A DNA stretch of 64,000 nucleotides. Origin: Planctomycetota bacterium. Its GTDB lineage: Bacteria > Planctomycetota > SZUA-567 > H5-PLA8. Shown piece after piece: positions 45,746-52,792 of the stretch. The notes beneath the pieces are model-generated. The model had not been told where the DNA came from. It worked only from the letters and a program-made list of their open reading frames with translations, and made no database searches. Position numbers and translations under genes: made by a program. Every line of letters begins with the position of its first letter. Position 1 is the stretch's first letter. The stretch spans positions 19,023 to 83,022 of the forward strand of contig DATGGK010000038.1 of NCBI GenBank assembly GCA_035308565.1. The letters run 5' to 3'.

Positions 45746-46259
45746 CGCGAAGGGTAAATTCTCGAAAATGCAGATCGGAATGTAGTCGAAATTCCTCGGG
45801 AGTCGGGCTTTCGTGCAATCTCTTATGACTATCAAGCTGCTTATCCATTGCCGCCAATCGTTGTCGTGCAATGGGCAATTCTTCAATAATTGCCGCTTCT
45901 TTTCCAACTGCCTTGATACGGTCTTGGTATTCCGGGAAACCTTTTATCGTGTCACTGAAATCATTGAATTCAGAGGATGTCAATCCTTTTCTTTTTTCGA
46001 TCGCGTCGTCGTAAATCTTGTTCCAGATTTTTTCCCTACGCTTCAACTCTTTCCATTGCCGGTCGCCTTCCTCCCGTGTCTTGCGGACTACCTCCGCGAC
46101 TTTTGCTTTATTTTCGGCTTCATTCGCTATGCGGTTATCCTCCTCGACTCTCGCAGCAGTAGCAGCAATGGCGCTCCAAATTGAAAGTCCAAGGACAACG
46201 CCGAACGCTATAATAATTATGAGCCGAATGGCTCCAAATCGAGTTCCAGATGGCTCCAT
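45702..46259 (-). CDS. Hypothetical single-pass membrane protein with charged coiled-coil (island gene 3)
   Basis: ATG 46259 preceded by GGAAGGAGA. MEPSGTRFGAIRLIIIIAFGVVLGLSIWSAIAATA (TM helix), then a K/E-rich helical region. AT-rich codons. Confidence 0.6.
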   Translation of the reverse strand: MEPSGTRFGAIRLIIIIAFGVVLGLSIWSAIAATAARVEEDNRIANEAENKAKVAEVVRKTREEGDRQWKELKRREKIWNKIYDDAIEKRKGLTSSEFNDFSDTIKGFPEYQDRIKAVGKEAAIIEELPIARQRLAAMDKQLDSHKRLHESPTPEEFRLHSDLHFREFTLRDELEQIRLESTQAR

Positions 46260-46290
46260 GGGTAATCTCCTTCCCAATTCTCTGCATTAT

Positions 46291-46509
46291 TTAATAGTCT
46301 TTATTTCCGCAATAGATTTTGCCGCCTTTCCCGATATACAGCCACATCGTTTTTCCTTGACTCCCGCGCGACGAAAATGTGCGGTCATCGAAGCGTTCAA
46401 AATCCATATACTGCGCTTGCTCGAAATACTGTCCGCGCGTCGCAGTTAGGCCAAGTTCCGCGCCGGGTGCAATAGAGCGTAATGAACGGATCGCCTCGTC
46501 GAAGCTCAT
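46291..46509 (-). CDS. Hypothetical 72-aa protein (island gene 2)
   Basis: ATG 46509 preceded by GGAGGAG. MSFDEAIRSLRSIAPGAELGLTATRGQYFEQAQYMDFERFDDRTFSSRGSQGKTMWLYIGKGGKIYCGNKDY. The longer 135-aa track ORF would overlap the upstream gene. Confidence 0.5.
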   Translation of the reverse strand: MSFDEAIRSLRSIAPGAELGLTATRGQYFEQAQYMDFERFDDRTFSSRGSQGKTMWLYIGKGGKIYCGNKDY

Positions 46510-46528
46510 GAAAAAATCTCCTCCAGCA

Positions 46529-47089
46529 CTATGCTGCGGCCGCGCCAAATTGCCGCGCAAATGCCGCGGCGTATTCCGCGTCGGCGACGATTTCCTTTGC
46601 TTCTTCGTCGCTGCGGCCGACCGCGTGCAAAATGTCGGTGAGTGGAATGGCGCGAGACGACTTCGGCACGTAGTTTCGCTTCCATTCGGGGAATTCATGC
46701 GTCAATTCGACGACGTTCCATGAACTTCGCGCGCGGTACTTTTGTGCAATTTGCTTGAGGATCGCAACATCAAATTGCGACAGCGCATCGACGCCCGGAT
46801 TCTTCGTTAGAATTAATAAGTTGGGGCCTTTTGTGGAGAAGAACTTTGACCACTTGTCGTCGTGCTGAATGCCACGCATCAAGTCAAGCGCGTGACTCAG
46901 CACCGGGCCGTGCTGCATGGCGCACAATTTATCGCCTACAATGGGCCGTCCAGTTAAGCGCAGACTCTCACGTTCTGCCAGATAAAGCAACTTCTGAATG
47001 CGCAGGCGGTCGAGTTGCTTGGCTTTATGCTCGCTGATGAGCAGCGCTGTCGCGGCAATGGCCTTTTCGAGTTCGAATGGGAAATGCAT
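46529..47089 (-). CDS. Panacea/DUF4065 domain protein (PanA/SocA-type antitoxin-like; island gene 1)
   Basis: 186 aa. IQKLLYLAERESLRLTGRPIVGDKLCAMQHGPVLS and ELTHEFPEWK fit the DUF4065 pattern (KLQKLLY...G.P...HGPV...TH..PW). Confidence 0.75.
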   Translation of the reverse strand: MHFPFELEKAIAATALLISEHKAKQLDRLRIQKLLYLAERESLRLTGRPIVGDKLCAMQHGPVLSHALDLMRGIQHDDKWSKFFSTKGPNLLILTKNPGVDALSQFDVAILKQIAQKYRARSSWNVVELTHEFPEWKRNYVPKSSRAIPLTDILHAVGRSDEEAKEIVADAEYAAAFARQFGAAAA

Positions 47090-47116
47090 AGGATGAACCG
47101 TTCCCCGCCTGCGATT

Positions 47117-47145
47117 AGATTAGCTCTAGTTTTAGCTCTTGTCAA
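47117..47145 (-). promoter_or_regulatory. Sigma70-like promoter for the island
   Basis: On the minus strand: TTGACA (47145-47140), a 17-nt spacer, then TAATCT (47122-47117), about 28 nt upstream of the Panacea ATG. The -35 element overlaps the coaC stop codon (47142-47144). Confidence 0.45.
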
Positions 47146-47693
47146 ATTCTCGCGCCGCACACTGCTTCGACAATCCCCTGCGGCTCCATCAACCGCCCCG
47201 CGCCTTCCATGCCGCAGGCCAGCGCGCCGCTGTCGGGCCCGAGGATGGTGTGGCCGTATTTTTTCAGCGTGGCGACGTTGGCTTGCGTGGCAGGATGCTC
47301 CCACATGCGCACGTTCATCGCCGGACAGACGAAGACCGGGCAGCGGACGCTGAGAATGAAGGCGCTGAGCAGATCGTTGCTGAAGCCGTGCGCGAGGCGC
47401 GCGATCAGGCCCGCTGTGGCGGGGGCGAGAATCACGGCGTCGGCACCTGTAGCGGGGTCGATGTGCGGGTACGCGCTTTCGCCAGCGCGGATGCGTTTAA
47501 AAAAACGCGTGAAACAGGGCTGGCTGGTGAGCGCTTCGAAGGTGTATGGCGTGACGAACTTCAGCGCGCCTTTGGTCAGGATGGTCGTGACAACCGCGCC
47601 TTCCTTGACCAGGCGCGAGGCGAGGTCGCAGGCTTTGTAGGCGGCGATGCCGCCGGAGACGCCGAGGACGATTTTCTTTTTTGCGAGACGCAT
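47142..47693 (-). CDS. coaC: Phosphopantothenoylcysteine decarboxylase (CoaC flavoprotein half of Dfp), stand-alone
   Basis: KIVLGVSGGIAAYKACDLASRLVKEG...APATAGLIARLAHGFSNDLL...PAMNVRMWEHPATQANV...GALACGMEGAGRL is the canonical CoaC sequence. 183 aa, ending at the interdomain boundary. Confidence 0.88.
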   Translation of the reverse strand: MRLAKKKIVLGVSGGIAAYKACDLASRLVKEGAVVTTILTKGALKFVTPYTFEALTSQPCFTRFFKRIRAGESAYPHIDPATGADAVILAPATAGLIARLAHGFSNDLLSAFILSVRCPVFVCPAMNVRMWEHPATQANVATLKKYGHTILGPDSGALACGMEGAGRLMEPQGIVEAVCGARI

Positions 47694-47697
47694 ACGT

Positions 47698-47794
47698 GCA
47701 ATTCAAAATTCAAAATTCAAAATTCAAAATTCAAAATTCAAAGTCGCGCTCGAACTCCATCCTTGAATCTTGAATCCTTGAACTTTGAATTTGC
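47698..47794 (-). repeat. Heptamer-stem hairpin, aattcaa family, filling the rpoZ-coaC gap
   Basis: Left arm gca + (attcaaa)x6. Right arm cttgaatcttgaatccttgaactttgaatttgc. About 31 bp pair, with 2 one-nt bulges. All 4 mismatches are A/C on the plus strand, which become U-G wobbles on the minus-strand RNA. Confidence 0.8.
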
Positions 47795-47796
47795 AG

Positions 47797-48117
47797 TTAA
47801 TCCGCTTTGGCTTCGAGCGCCTTGGCTTCCTTCGCTTCGCGGGCCTTGTTTTTGTCGGCCTTGTCGGCCTTTTCGGCTTCTTCGCTTTCGCGCAGCGCCA
47901 ATTCCTTGCGCATCTGGTCGGCTTCTTCGCCCATGATCAGATCGACCTTGGATTCCATGATCTCTTTGGAGACCACGTCCCACAGGTTCGTGGAGTCGAT
48001 GTTCACCAGACGCGGCATGCCGCGCTGCAGTTCGCGCATGCGCTTCTGGAAGAGCGTGACGAGTTTGTATTTTCCGCCGACCTTGTTGAGCAATTCTTCG
48101 AGCTGCCTGGGTTCCAT
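47797..48117 (-). CDS. rpoZ: RNA polymerase omega subunit with charged C-terminal tail
   Basis: LLNKVGGKYKLVTLFQKRMRELQRG is the omega core. The position after gmk is the conserved gmk-rpoZ order. Confidence 0.8.
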   Translation of the reverse strand: MEPRQLEELLNKVGGKYKLVTLFQKRMRELQRGMPRLVNIDSTNLWDVVSKEIMESKVDLIMGEEADQMRKELALRESEEAEKADKADKNKAREAKEAKALEAKAD

Positions 48118-48156
48118 CGAGTTCTCCTATAGAAAAAAGTGCTGAGTGCTGAGTTC

Positions 48157-48224
48157 GTAGTCCCGCCTTTAGGCGGAATGCCGCTACGGTGCCTATCCGC
48201 CCTTCCGCCTAAAGGCGGGACTAC
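48157..48224. repeat. Perfect 20-bp inverted repeat in the gmk-rpoZ gap
   Basis: gtagtcccgcctttaggcgg (48157-48176) and ccgcctaaaggcgggactac (48205-48224) are exact reverse complements. Each arm is itself a small palindrome (ccgcc-ttta-ggcgg). A gtgctgagtgctgag half-array precedes it (48139-48153). The right arm overlaps the gmk stop. Confidence 0.85.
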
Positions 48225-48796
48225 AAACTGTGTTCCATGTGTCGAATCTCTTTCAATCTCGCCACGGCCTTATCCACGTCGTCGTTGATCACGGTGTACT
48301 TGAATTCTTTCGCGCGCGCCAGTTCGCTTTCGGCCGATCTTAAACGCGCGGAAAGCGACGTATCGGATTCGGATTTGCGTCCTTCAAGACGCTTCAACAA
48401 TTCCTCTTGCGACGGCGGCAGCACGAATATTCCAGTCCAGCGTCCTTTCAACGCCGGGTGTTTCGCGATTTGATCGACGCCTTGAACGTCGATATCCTTC
48501 ACCACATCTATGCCCGCATCCAATTTATCCAGCACAAACGCGGCCGGCGTGCCGTAATGCGCGCCGCCATGAATCTTCGCATGTTCCAAAAACATTCCCT
48601 GCGCGACCGCGTCCATGAAGCGCGCTTCGTCCCAGAAAAAATAATCCACGCCGTCCATTTCGTTCTGCCGCGGCGCGCGCGTCGTCACCGAGATGGCTTT
48701 GACCAAATTCTTCTCTTCGGCGACAAGGCGTTTCAAGAGCGTCGTCTTGCCTACACCGGCGGGGCCGGCGACGAGAAAGAAAATGCCGTTGGTCAT
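48221..48796 (-). CDS. gmk: Guanylate kinase
   Basis: GPAGVGKTTL P-loop, ISVTTRAPRQNEMDGVDYFF, and 191 aa. Confidence 0.92.
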   Translation of the reverse strand: MTNGIFFLVAGPAGVGKTTLLKRLVAEEKNLVKAISVTTRAPRQNEMDGVDYFFWDEARFMDAVAQGMFLEHAKIHGGAHYGTPAAFVLDKLDAGIDVVKDIDVQGVDQIAKHPALKGRWTGIFVLPPSQEELLKRLEGRKSESDTSLSARLRSAESELARAKEFKYTVINDDVDKAVARLKEIRHMEHSL

Positions 48797-48836
48797 AATT
48801 CAAAATTCAAGAATCCGCGCGACTCCCCTCACCCCG

Positions 48837-48887
48837 CGAGAGCGCAAACAGCCGCGCTCTCGTCGGCCCTCTCCCGGAGGGAGAGGG
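48837..48887. repeat. Two adjacent small GC hairpins in the yicC-gmk gap
   Basis: cgagagcgc (48837-48845) / gcgctctcg (48854-48862). ccctctccc (48867-48875) gga gggagaggg (48879-48887). Preceded by aattcaaaattcaagaatcc (from ~48798). Confidence 0.7.
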
Positions 48888-48912
48888 GAACGGTATCGAC
48901 GCCAAGCCTTAG

Positions 48913-49836
48913 TTACTCCAAGTTTTGCACCTGCTCCCTGATTTTCTCGATCAAGCCTTTCATGTCCACTACGCGGTGCGTGATGCGCTCATCATTTACT
49001 TTCGAACCGATCGTGTTCGTTTCGCGAAAGAGTTCCTGGGTCAGGAAATCGAGTTTTTTCCCCGTTTCGCCGCCGCCGGCCAGGGTCGATTCCATCTGCT
49101 GAAAATGGCTTTCCAGGCGCGCGAGTTCCTCGCTTACATCCGTGCGGTCAGTGGCGAGGACTACTTCACGTTCGATCACGTCGGGATTCAGCGGCGCATT
49201 GACACCGGCGTCTTGCAACAATTTCTGAATGCGGTCCTTGAAGCGCTGGATTGTCGCCTTGAGCGCTTCGGGCACGGCGGACTTGATCGCGTCGCGGTGC
49301 GCGGCCAGTCGCGCGAGTTGCGCGCGGACGTCCTCGGCAATCGAGGCGCCTTCTTTTTCGCGCATCTGAGCAAAATGAGTCAGTGCTTTTTCGAGCGCTT
49401 TCTTGCTCATCGCCCAGGCGTGTTCGATGTCGTCGGCCGCGTCTGCGCGCTTGACGGCGCCGGGCAGCGGGAGTAGCGCGGAAAGCTGCACGCCGCCTTT
49501 AAGTTTGAGCTTTTTCGCGACAGCGGCGGCTTGTTTGGCGTACGCGGCAAGCGCGGTTTCGTTCAAGGCGCTGCCGCCTTCGTCGGACATGTCTTCGAAA
49601 AAGAGGTTCACGTCGATGCTGCCGCGCTTGACGCCGTGTTCGTTGAGCAGCGTTTTGATGCGGTCTTCGAGCGCGCCGTAGCGGCCGGGAACTTTGACGC
49701 CGAGCTTGAAAAAGCGGCCGTTGACCGAACGGATTTCAGCCGTAACTTTCTGGCCGTCTTCGGCGACGGCGCGACCGTAGCCGGTCATGGAACGGACGGG
49801 AGGGGATTTGGTTTTCGATGCCGCGGAATGAGCCAT
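48913..49836 (-). CDS. yicC: YicC/YloC family protein
   Basis: SMTGYGRA near the N-terminus and FLTQELFRETNTIGSK near the C-terminus. Conserved yicC-gmk-rpoZ-coaBC neighbourhood. Confidence 0.85.
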   Translation of the reverse strand: MAHSAASKTKSPPVRSMTGYGRAVAEDGQKVTAEIRSVNGRFFKLGVKVPGRYGALEDRIKTLLNEHGVKRGSIDVNLFFEDMSDEGGSALNETALAAYAKQAAAVAKKLKLKGGVQLSALLPLPGAVKRADAADDIEHAWAMSKKALEKALTHFAQMREKEGASIAEDVRAQLARLAAHRDAIKSAVPEALKATIQRFKDRIQKLLQDAGVNAPLNPDVIEREVVLATDRTDVSEELARLESHFQQMESTLAGGGETGKKLDFLTQELFRETNTIGSKVNDERITHRVVDMKGLIEKIREQVQNLE

Positions 49837-49850
49837 TGGTTTGATTTACG

Positions 49851-49963
49851 GTTGACTGATTGACTATTTACCATTGACGATCGCGATGCTCGAAAATGAA
49901 AATTGACTATTGCCGCCATCGCATTGCGACAATAGTCAATCGTCAACTAGCCAATCGTCAATG
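49851..49963. repeat. Nested inverted repeats (word ttgac[tg]a) in the secG-yicC gap
   Basis: Inner: attgactattg (49902-49912) / caatagtcaat (49930-49940). Outer: cattgacgat (~49872) / atcgtcaatg (~49954). Confidence 0.7.
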
Positions 49964-49970
49964 TTCGTTG

Positions 49971-50555
49971 CTACTTCTGTTCAGGCGCCTTTGTGTCGGG
50001 CTTGGCTTGTTCAGCCGGTTTTGCAGGCTCGGTCTTCGCCGGTTCGGTCTTGTTGGCGTCGGTCTTCGGCGCCTCGGTCTTGCCGGGTTCGTTCTTTGCC
50101 GGTTCGGCTTTCTGGGCGTCCGGCTTGGTCGCGTCCGGCTTTGCGCCGTCTGGCGCTTTTTCGGTTGTCGTCTTTGGCGTGGTGGCGTTGTTCGCCGGCA
50201 CCGTATTAATGGTCGGGACCGCCGGAACAACGGCAGGCGCCGCCACAGTCGCCGACGGGCCGGATTCGTTGCTCGTGGCAGCCGTGGGCGTTTCTTCGTC
50301 GCCGCCGCCAGTTGGAATCGTCGAGGCCGTGGGCCGGTTTACGACGCCCAGCACAATGGCCAGCAAGAAGAACAGCGCCGCCATGTAGCCCGTCGCGCGC
50401 CTAATAGGATTCGTCACGCCTTCGATGCCCGCGGCTTTAGTTCCGCCCAATGCCGCCAATCCGCCGCCCTTCCCCTCCTGCAACATGATCAGAAACGTCA
50501 TTAATCCGCCAGTGATCACCAGGATCACCGTCAAGATTGTATTCACACTACCCAT
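49971..50555 (-). CDS. secG: Preprotein translocase subunit SecG with ~120-aa low-complexity C-terminal extension
   Basis: The first ~75 aa are SecG-like (ILTVILVITGGLMTFLIMLQEGKGGGLAALGG...YMAALFFLLAIVLGVV), followed by a P/T/A/K/E-rich tail. tpiA-secG order is conserved. Confidence 0.8.
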   Translation of the reverse strand: MGSVNTILTVILVITGGLMTFLIMLQEGKGGGLAALGGTKAAGIEGVTNPIRRATGYMAALFFLLAIVLGVVNRPTASTIPTGGGDEETPTAATSNESGPSATVAAPAVVPAVPTINTVPANNATTPKTTTEKAPDGAKPDATKPDAQKAEPAKNEPGKTEAPKTDANKTEPAKTEPAKPAEQAKPDTKAPEQK

Positions 50556-50694
50556 TCATTGTTTCTCCAACGTTGGCCTATAGTCTAGGGGCAAACGAGC
50601 GATAATTCAAGAGCCATTCCGCGTCCGAGACCCCTACAAACTCATAACATCAACGTGTTATTGATGTTAAAATCGCGTCAAAAACGACTCCAGT

Positions 50695-51450
50695 TTACTT
50701 CGCGGCCTTCACAATTGCCTCAAAATCGGCTGCGACAAGGCTCCCGCCACCCACCAGCGCGCCGTCGATGTCGGCTTGAGAAAGCAGTTCCTTGGCGTTG
50801 TCAGGTTTGACAGAACCGCCGTATTGGATTCTCACATTCTCCGAAACGCTGGCGTGGAATTGGTTCTTCACCAGTGCCCGAATAAATGCGTGGACCTCCT
50901 GCGCCTGCGCGGGAGTTGCCGTCAGCCCGGTCCCGATCGCCCAAACCGGCTCGTAAGCGATGGTGATGCTGGCCATCTGATCTGGCGTGAGGCCTTTGAG
51001 CGCGCCTTCGACCTGGGTGCGGACGACGCCTTCCGTGACGTTGTTCAAGCGCTGGTCCTTGGTCTCGCCGACGCAGACGATAATCTTGAGCTTGTGTGCC
51101 AGCGCGGCATAAATGCGCTTGTTGACCTTCTCGTCGGTGTCGCCGAAATACTGGCGGCGTTCACTGTGGCCGACGATCACGTACTGCACGCCGGCATCGA
51201 CCAGCATCTGCGGCGAAATCGCGCCGGTGTACGCGCCGGACTTTTCCCAGAACATATTCTGCGCGCCGACGGCCAGGTTGCTCCCCTTTAAGACCTCGGC
51301 CACGACCGCGATGCTCAAATACGTCGGACACACGGCAATTTCGCACTTGCCATAGCCCTCCAAGCGAGTGCGCAGTTCCTGCGCGAGTGCGCGCGACTCG
51401 GTCGGCGTCTTGTTCATCTTCCAGTTACCGGCTACGAATGATCTTCTCAT
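50695..51450 (-). CDS. tpiA: Triosephosphate isomerase
   Basis: AGNWKMN, VGHSERR, AYEPVWAIGTG, QYGGSV. Confidence 0.95.
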   Translation of the reverse strand: MRRSFVAGNWKMNKTPTESRALAQELRTRLEGYGKCEIAVCPTYLSIAVVAEVLKGSNLAVGAQNMFWEKSGAYTGAISPQMLVDAGVQYVIVGHSERRQYFGDTDEKVNKRIYAALAHKLKIIVCVGETKDQRLNNVTEGVVRTQVEGALKGLTPDQMASITIAYEPVWAIGTGLTATPAQAQEVHAFIRALVKNQFHASVSENVRIQYGGSVKPDNAKELLSQADIDGALVGGGSLVAADFEAIVKAAK

Positions 51451-51470
51451 GTGAATTCTCCTTTCGTCTT

Positions 51471-51533
51471 GGGAGGAGGGAGCAGGGAGGAGGGAGGAGA
51501 AAGAAATCCGCCTCTTCCCCCCTCCCTCTTCCC
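51471..51533. repeat. Purine-arm/pyrimidine-arm hairpin (word gggagga) in the pheA-tpiA gap
   Basis: gggaggagggagcagggaggagggaggag (51471-51499) faces cctcttcccccctccctcttccc (51511-51533). The arms are imperfectly complementary. Confidence 0.65.
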
Positions 51534-52699
51534 TACGAAATATGCACCGCCTTGTTCAACGTCGAGGCCGTCGGCAGCCGCTCGGACATCGGGTAGCTGC
51601 CGAGCACTTCGAGATGCCGCACGGTCGGTTCGATTTCGCGCAGAGTCTTCTGCACGGCTTCGTCCGCCACGTGGCCTTCGATGTCCAGATAGAAATTGTA
51701 CTCCCACGCGCGGCGCTTGCTCGGGCGCGATTCGATGCGCGTGAGATTAATCTTATTGTCGTCGAATGCCTTCAACAAGCGACGCAATCCGCCCGGTTCG
51801 TCTTTGATTGAAATGACGAGGCTGGTTTTGTCCTTGCCCGTGCGTTCGGCCATGCGCTCGGCGATGACGAAGAAGCGCGTGATGTTGTAGGGCGAATCTT
51901 CGATGTGCTCGTGGATGATCGGCACGCCATAAAGCTCCGCGGCGAGCGACCCGGCGACGGCGGCGACGTGCTCCTCTTTGCTCGCGCGTTCAGCGGCTTC
52001 GGCCGTCGAGCCGACTTCGCGCTTCTCGACGTTGGCCAAGTGGCCTTGCAGCCAGTTGCGGCACTGCGCGAACGGCTGCGGGTGGCTGTAGATCAGCCTG
52101 ATCTCCTCAATCTTGCATTTGCAAAGCAGATGGTGATGAATCGGCAGATAGATTTCGCTTGCGATCTTGAGCTTGGTGTCGGCGAACATGTCGATGGACT
52201 GGTTGACGCCGCCTTCGGTCGAGTTTTCGATGGGCACGAGGCCGTAGTCCGCCTCGCCGCGCTGCACGCAACTGAAGACTTCGCGGATGTCCTTGGTCGG
52301 GATGTACTCGACCGACGAACCGAATTTCGTGCGCGCGGCCAGATGCGTGAACGTCCCCGCCTGCCCGAAGAACGCGACGCGCGTGGGCCGTTCCAGCGCG
52401 ATGGAGGCGGACATGATTTCGCGATAGATCGCCTTGATCGCGTCGTCTTTGAGCGGGCCCTTGTTTTGAGCCGCCACCTTCTTATAGACCTGCTGTTCGC
52501 GAGCGGAACTGTACGGCCGCACGCCGTCCTTGGCCTTGAGCGCGCCAATTTTCTGCGCGGCGGCCGCGCGCGCGTTGATCAGCGCCACGATCTGCGCGTC
52601 GAGATCGTCGATGCCGTGGCGCAGCGTGTCGATCTCGGCCTGCGGGGTGGCCGGCTGGTCGGCGGACTGGGGCTTGAGTTTGGTGGAGGGCTTTTTCAT
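51533..52699 (-). CDS. pheA: Bifunctional chorismate mutase / prephenate dehydratase (P-protein)
   Basis: CM helix LRHGIDDLDAQIVALINARAAAAQKIG, PDT RVAFFGQAGTFTHLAA, and an ACT region TSLVISIKDEPGGL. The first ATG is 52699. The track start at 52723 is a TTG inside the repeat. Confidence 0.9.
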   Translation of the reverse strand: MKKPSTKLKPQSADQPATPQAEIDTLRHGIDDLDAQIVALINARAAAAQKIGALKAKDGVRPYSSAREQQVYKKVAAQNKGPLKDDAIKAIYREIMSASIALERPTRVAFFGQAGTFTHLAARTKFGSSVEYIPTKDIREVFSCVQRGEADYGLVPIENSTEGGVNQSIDMFADTKLKIASEIYLPIHHHLLCKCKIEEIRLIYSHPQPFAQCRNWLQGHLANVEKREVGSTAEAAERASKEEHVAAVAGSLAAELYGVPIIHEHIEDSPYNITRFFVIAERMAERTGKDKTSLVISIKDEPGGLRRLLKAFDDNKINLTRIESRPSKRRAWEYNFYLDIEGHVADEAVQKTLREIEPTVRHLEVLGSYPMSERLPTASTLNKAVHIS

Positions 52700-52709
52700 C
52701 AAAACCAAT

Positions 52710-52792
52710 GGTCCAAGGTCCAAAGTCTAAAGTCCAAGGTCAAACGTCCAGTCATTCGAAAGACTTTGGACGTTTGACCTTGGACCTTGGAC
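52710..52792. repeat. Heptamer-stem hairpin (word ggtccaa) in the greA-pheA gap
   Basis: Perfect 18-bp stem tccaaggtcaaacgtcca (52733-52750) / tggacgtttgaccttgga (52767-52784). Flanking ggtccaa-type units extend both arms. Confidence 0.85.

Noticed and set aside
46291-46698. 135-aa form of the island's middle ORF
   Set aside because: It would overlap the Panacea gene by 170 nt, and its first 63 residues are Arg/Ser/Thr-rich nonsense. ATG 46509, with GGAGGAG upstream, gives a clean 72-aa product.
45756-47152. 9-bp direct repeat aaattctcg (45756-45764 and 47144-47152) as a target-site duplication of the island
   Set aside because: One copy lies about 50 nt inside the last island gene, not at the junction. 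A 9-mer match between two ~100-nt boundary zones is plausible by chance. No integrase or transposase is present.
47698-47794. Heptamer arrays (here and at 39.8, 53.3 and 60.3 kb) as possible CRISPR arrays
   Set aside because: The period is 7 nt with no unique spacers, the arrays are under 50 nt, and no cas genes are present. The paired inverted arms indicate hairpins.
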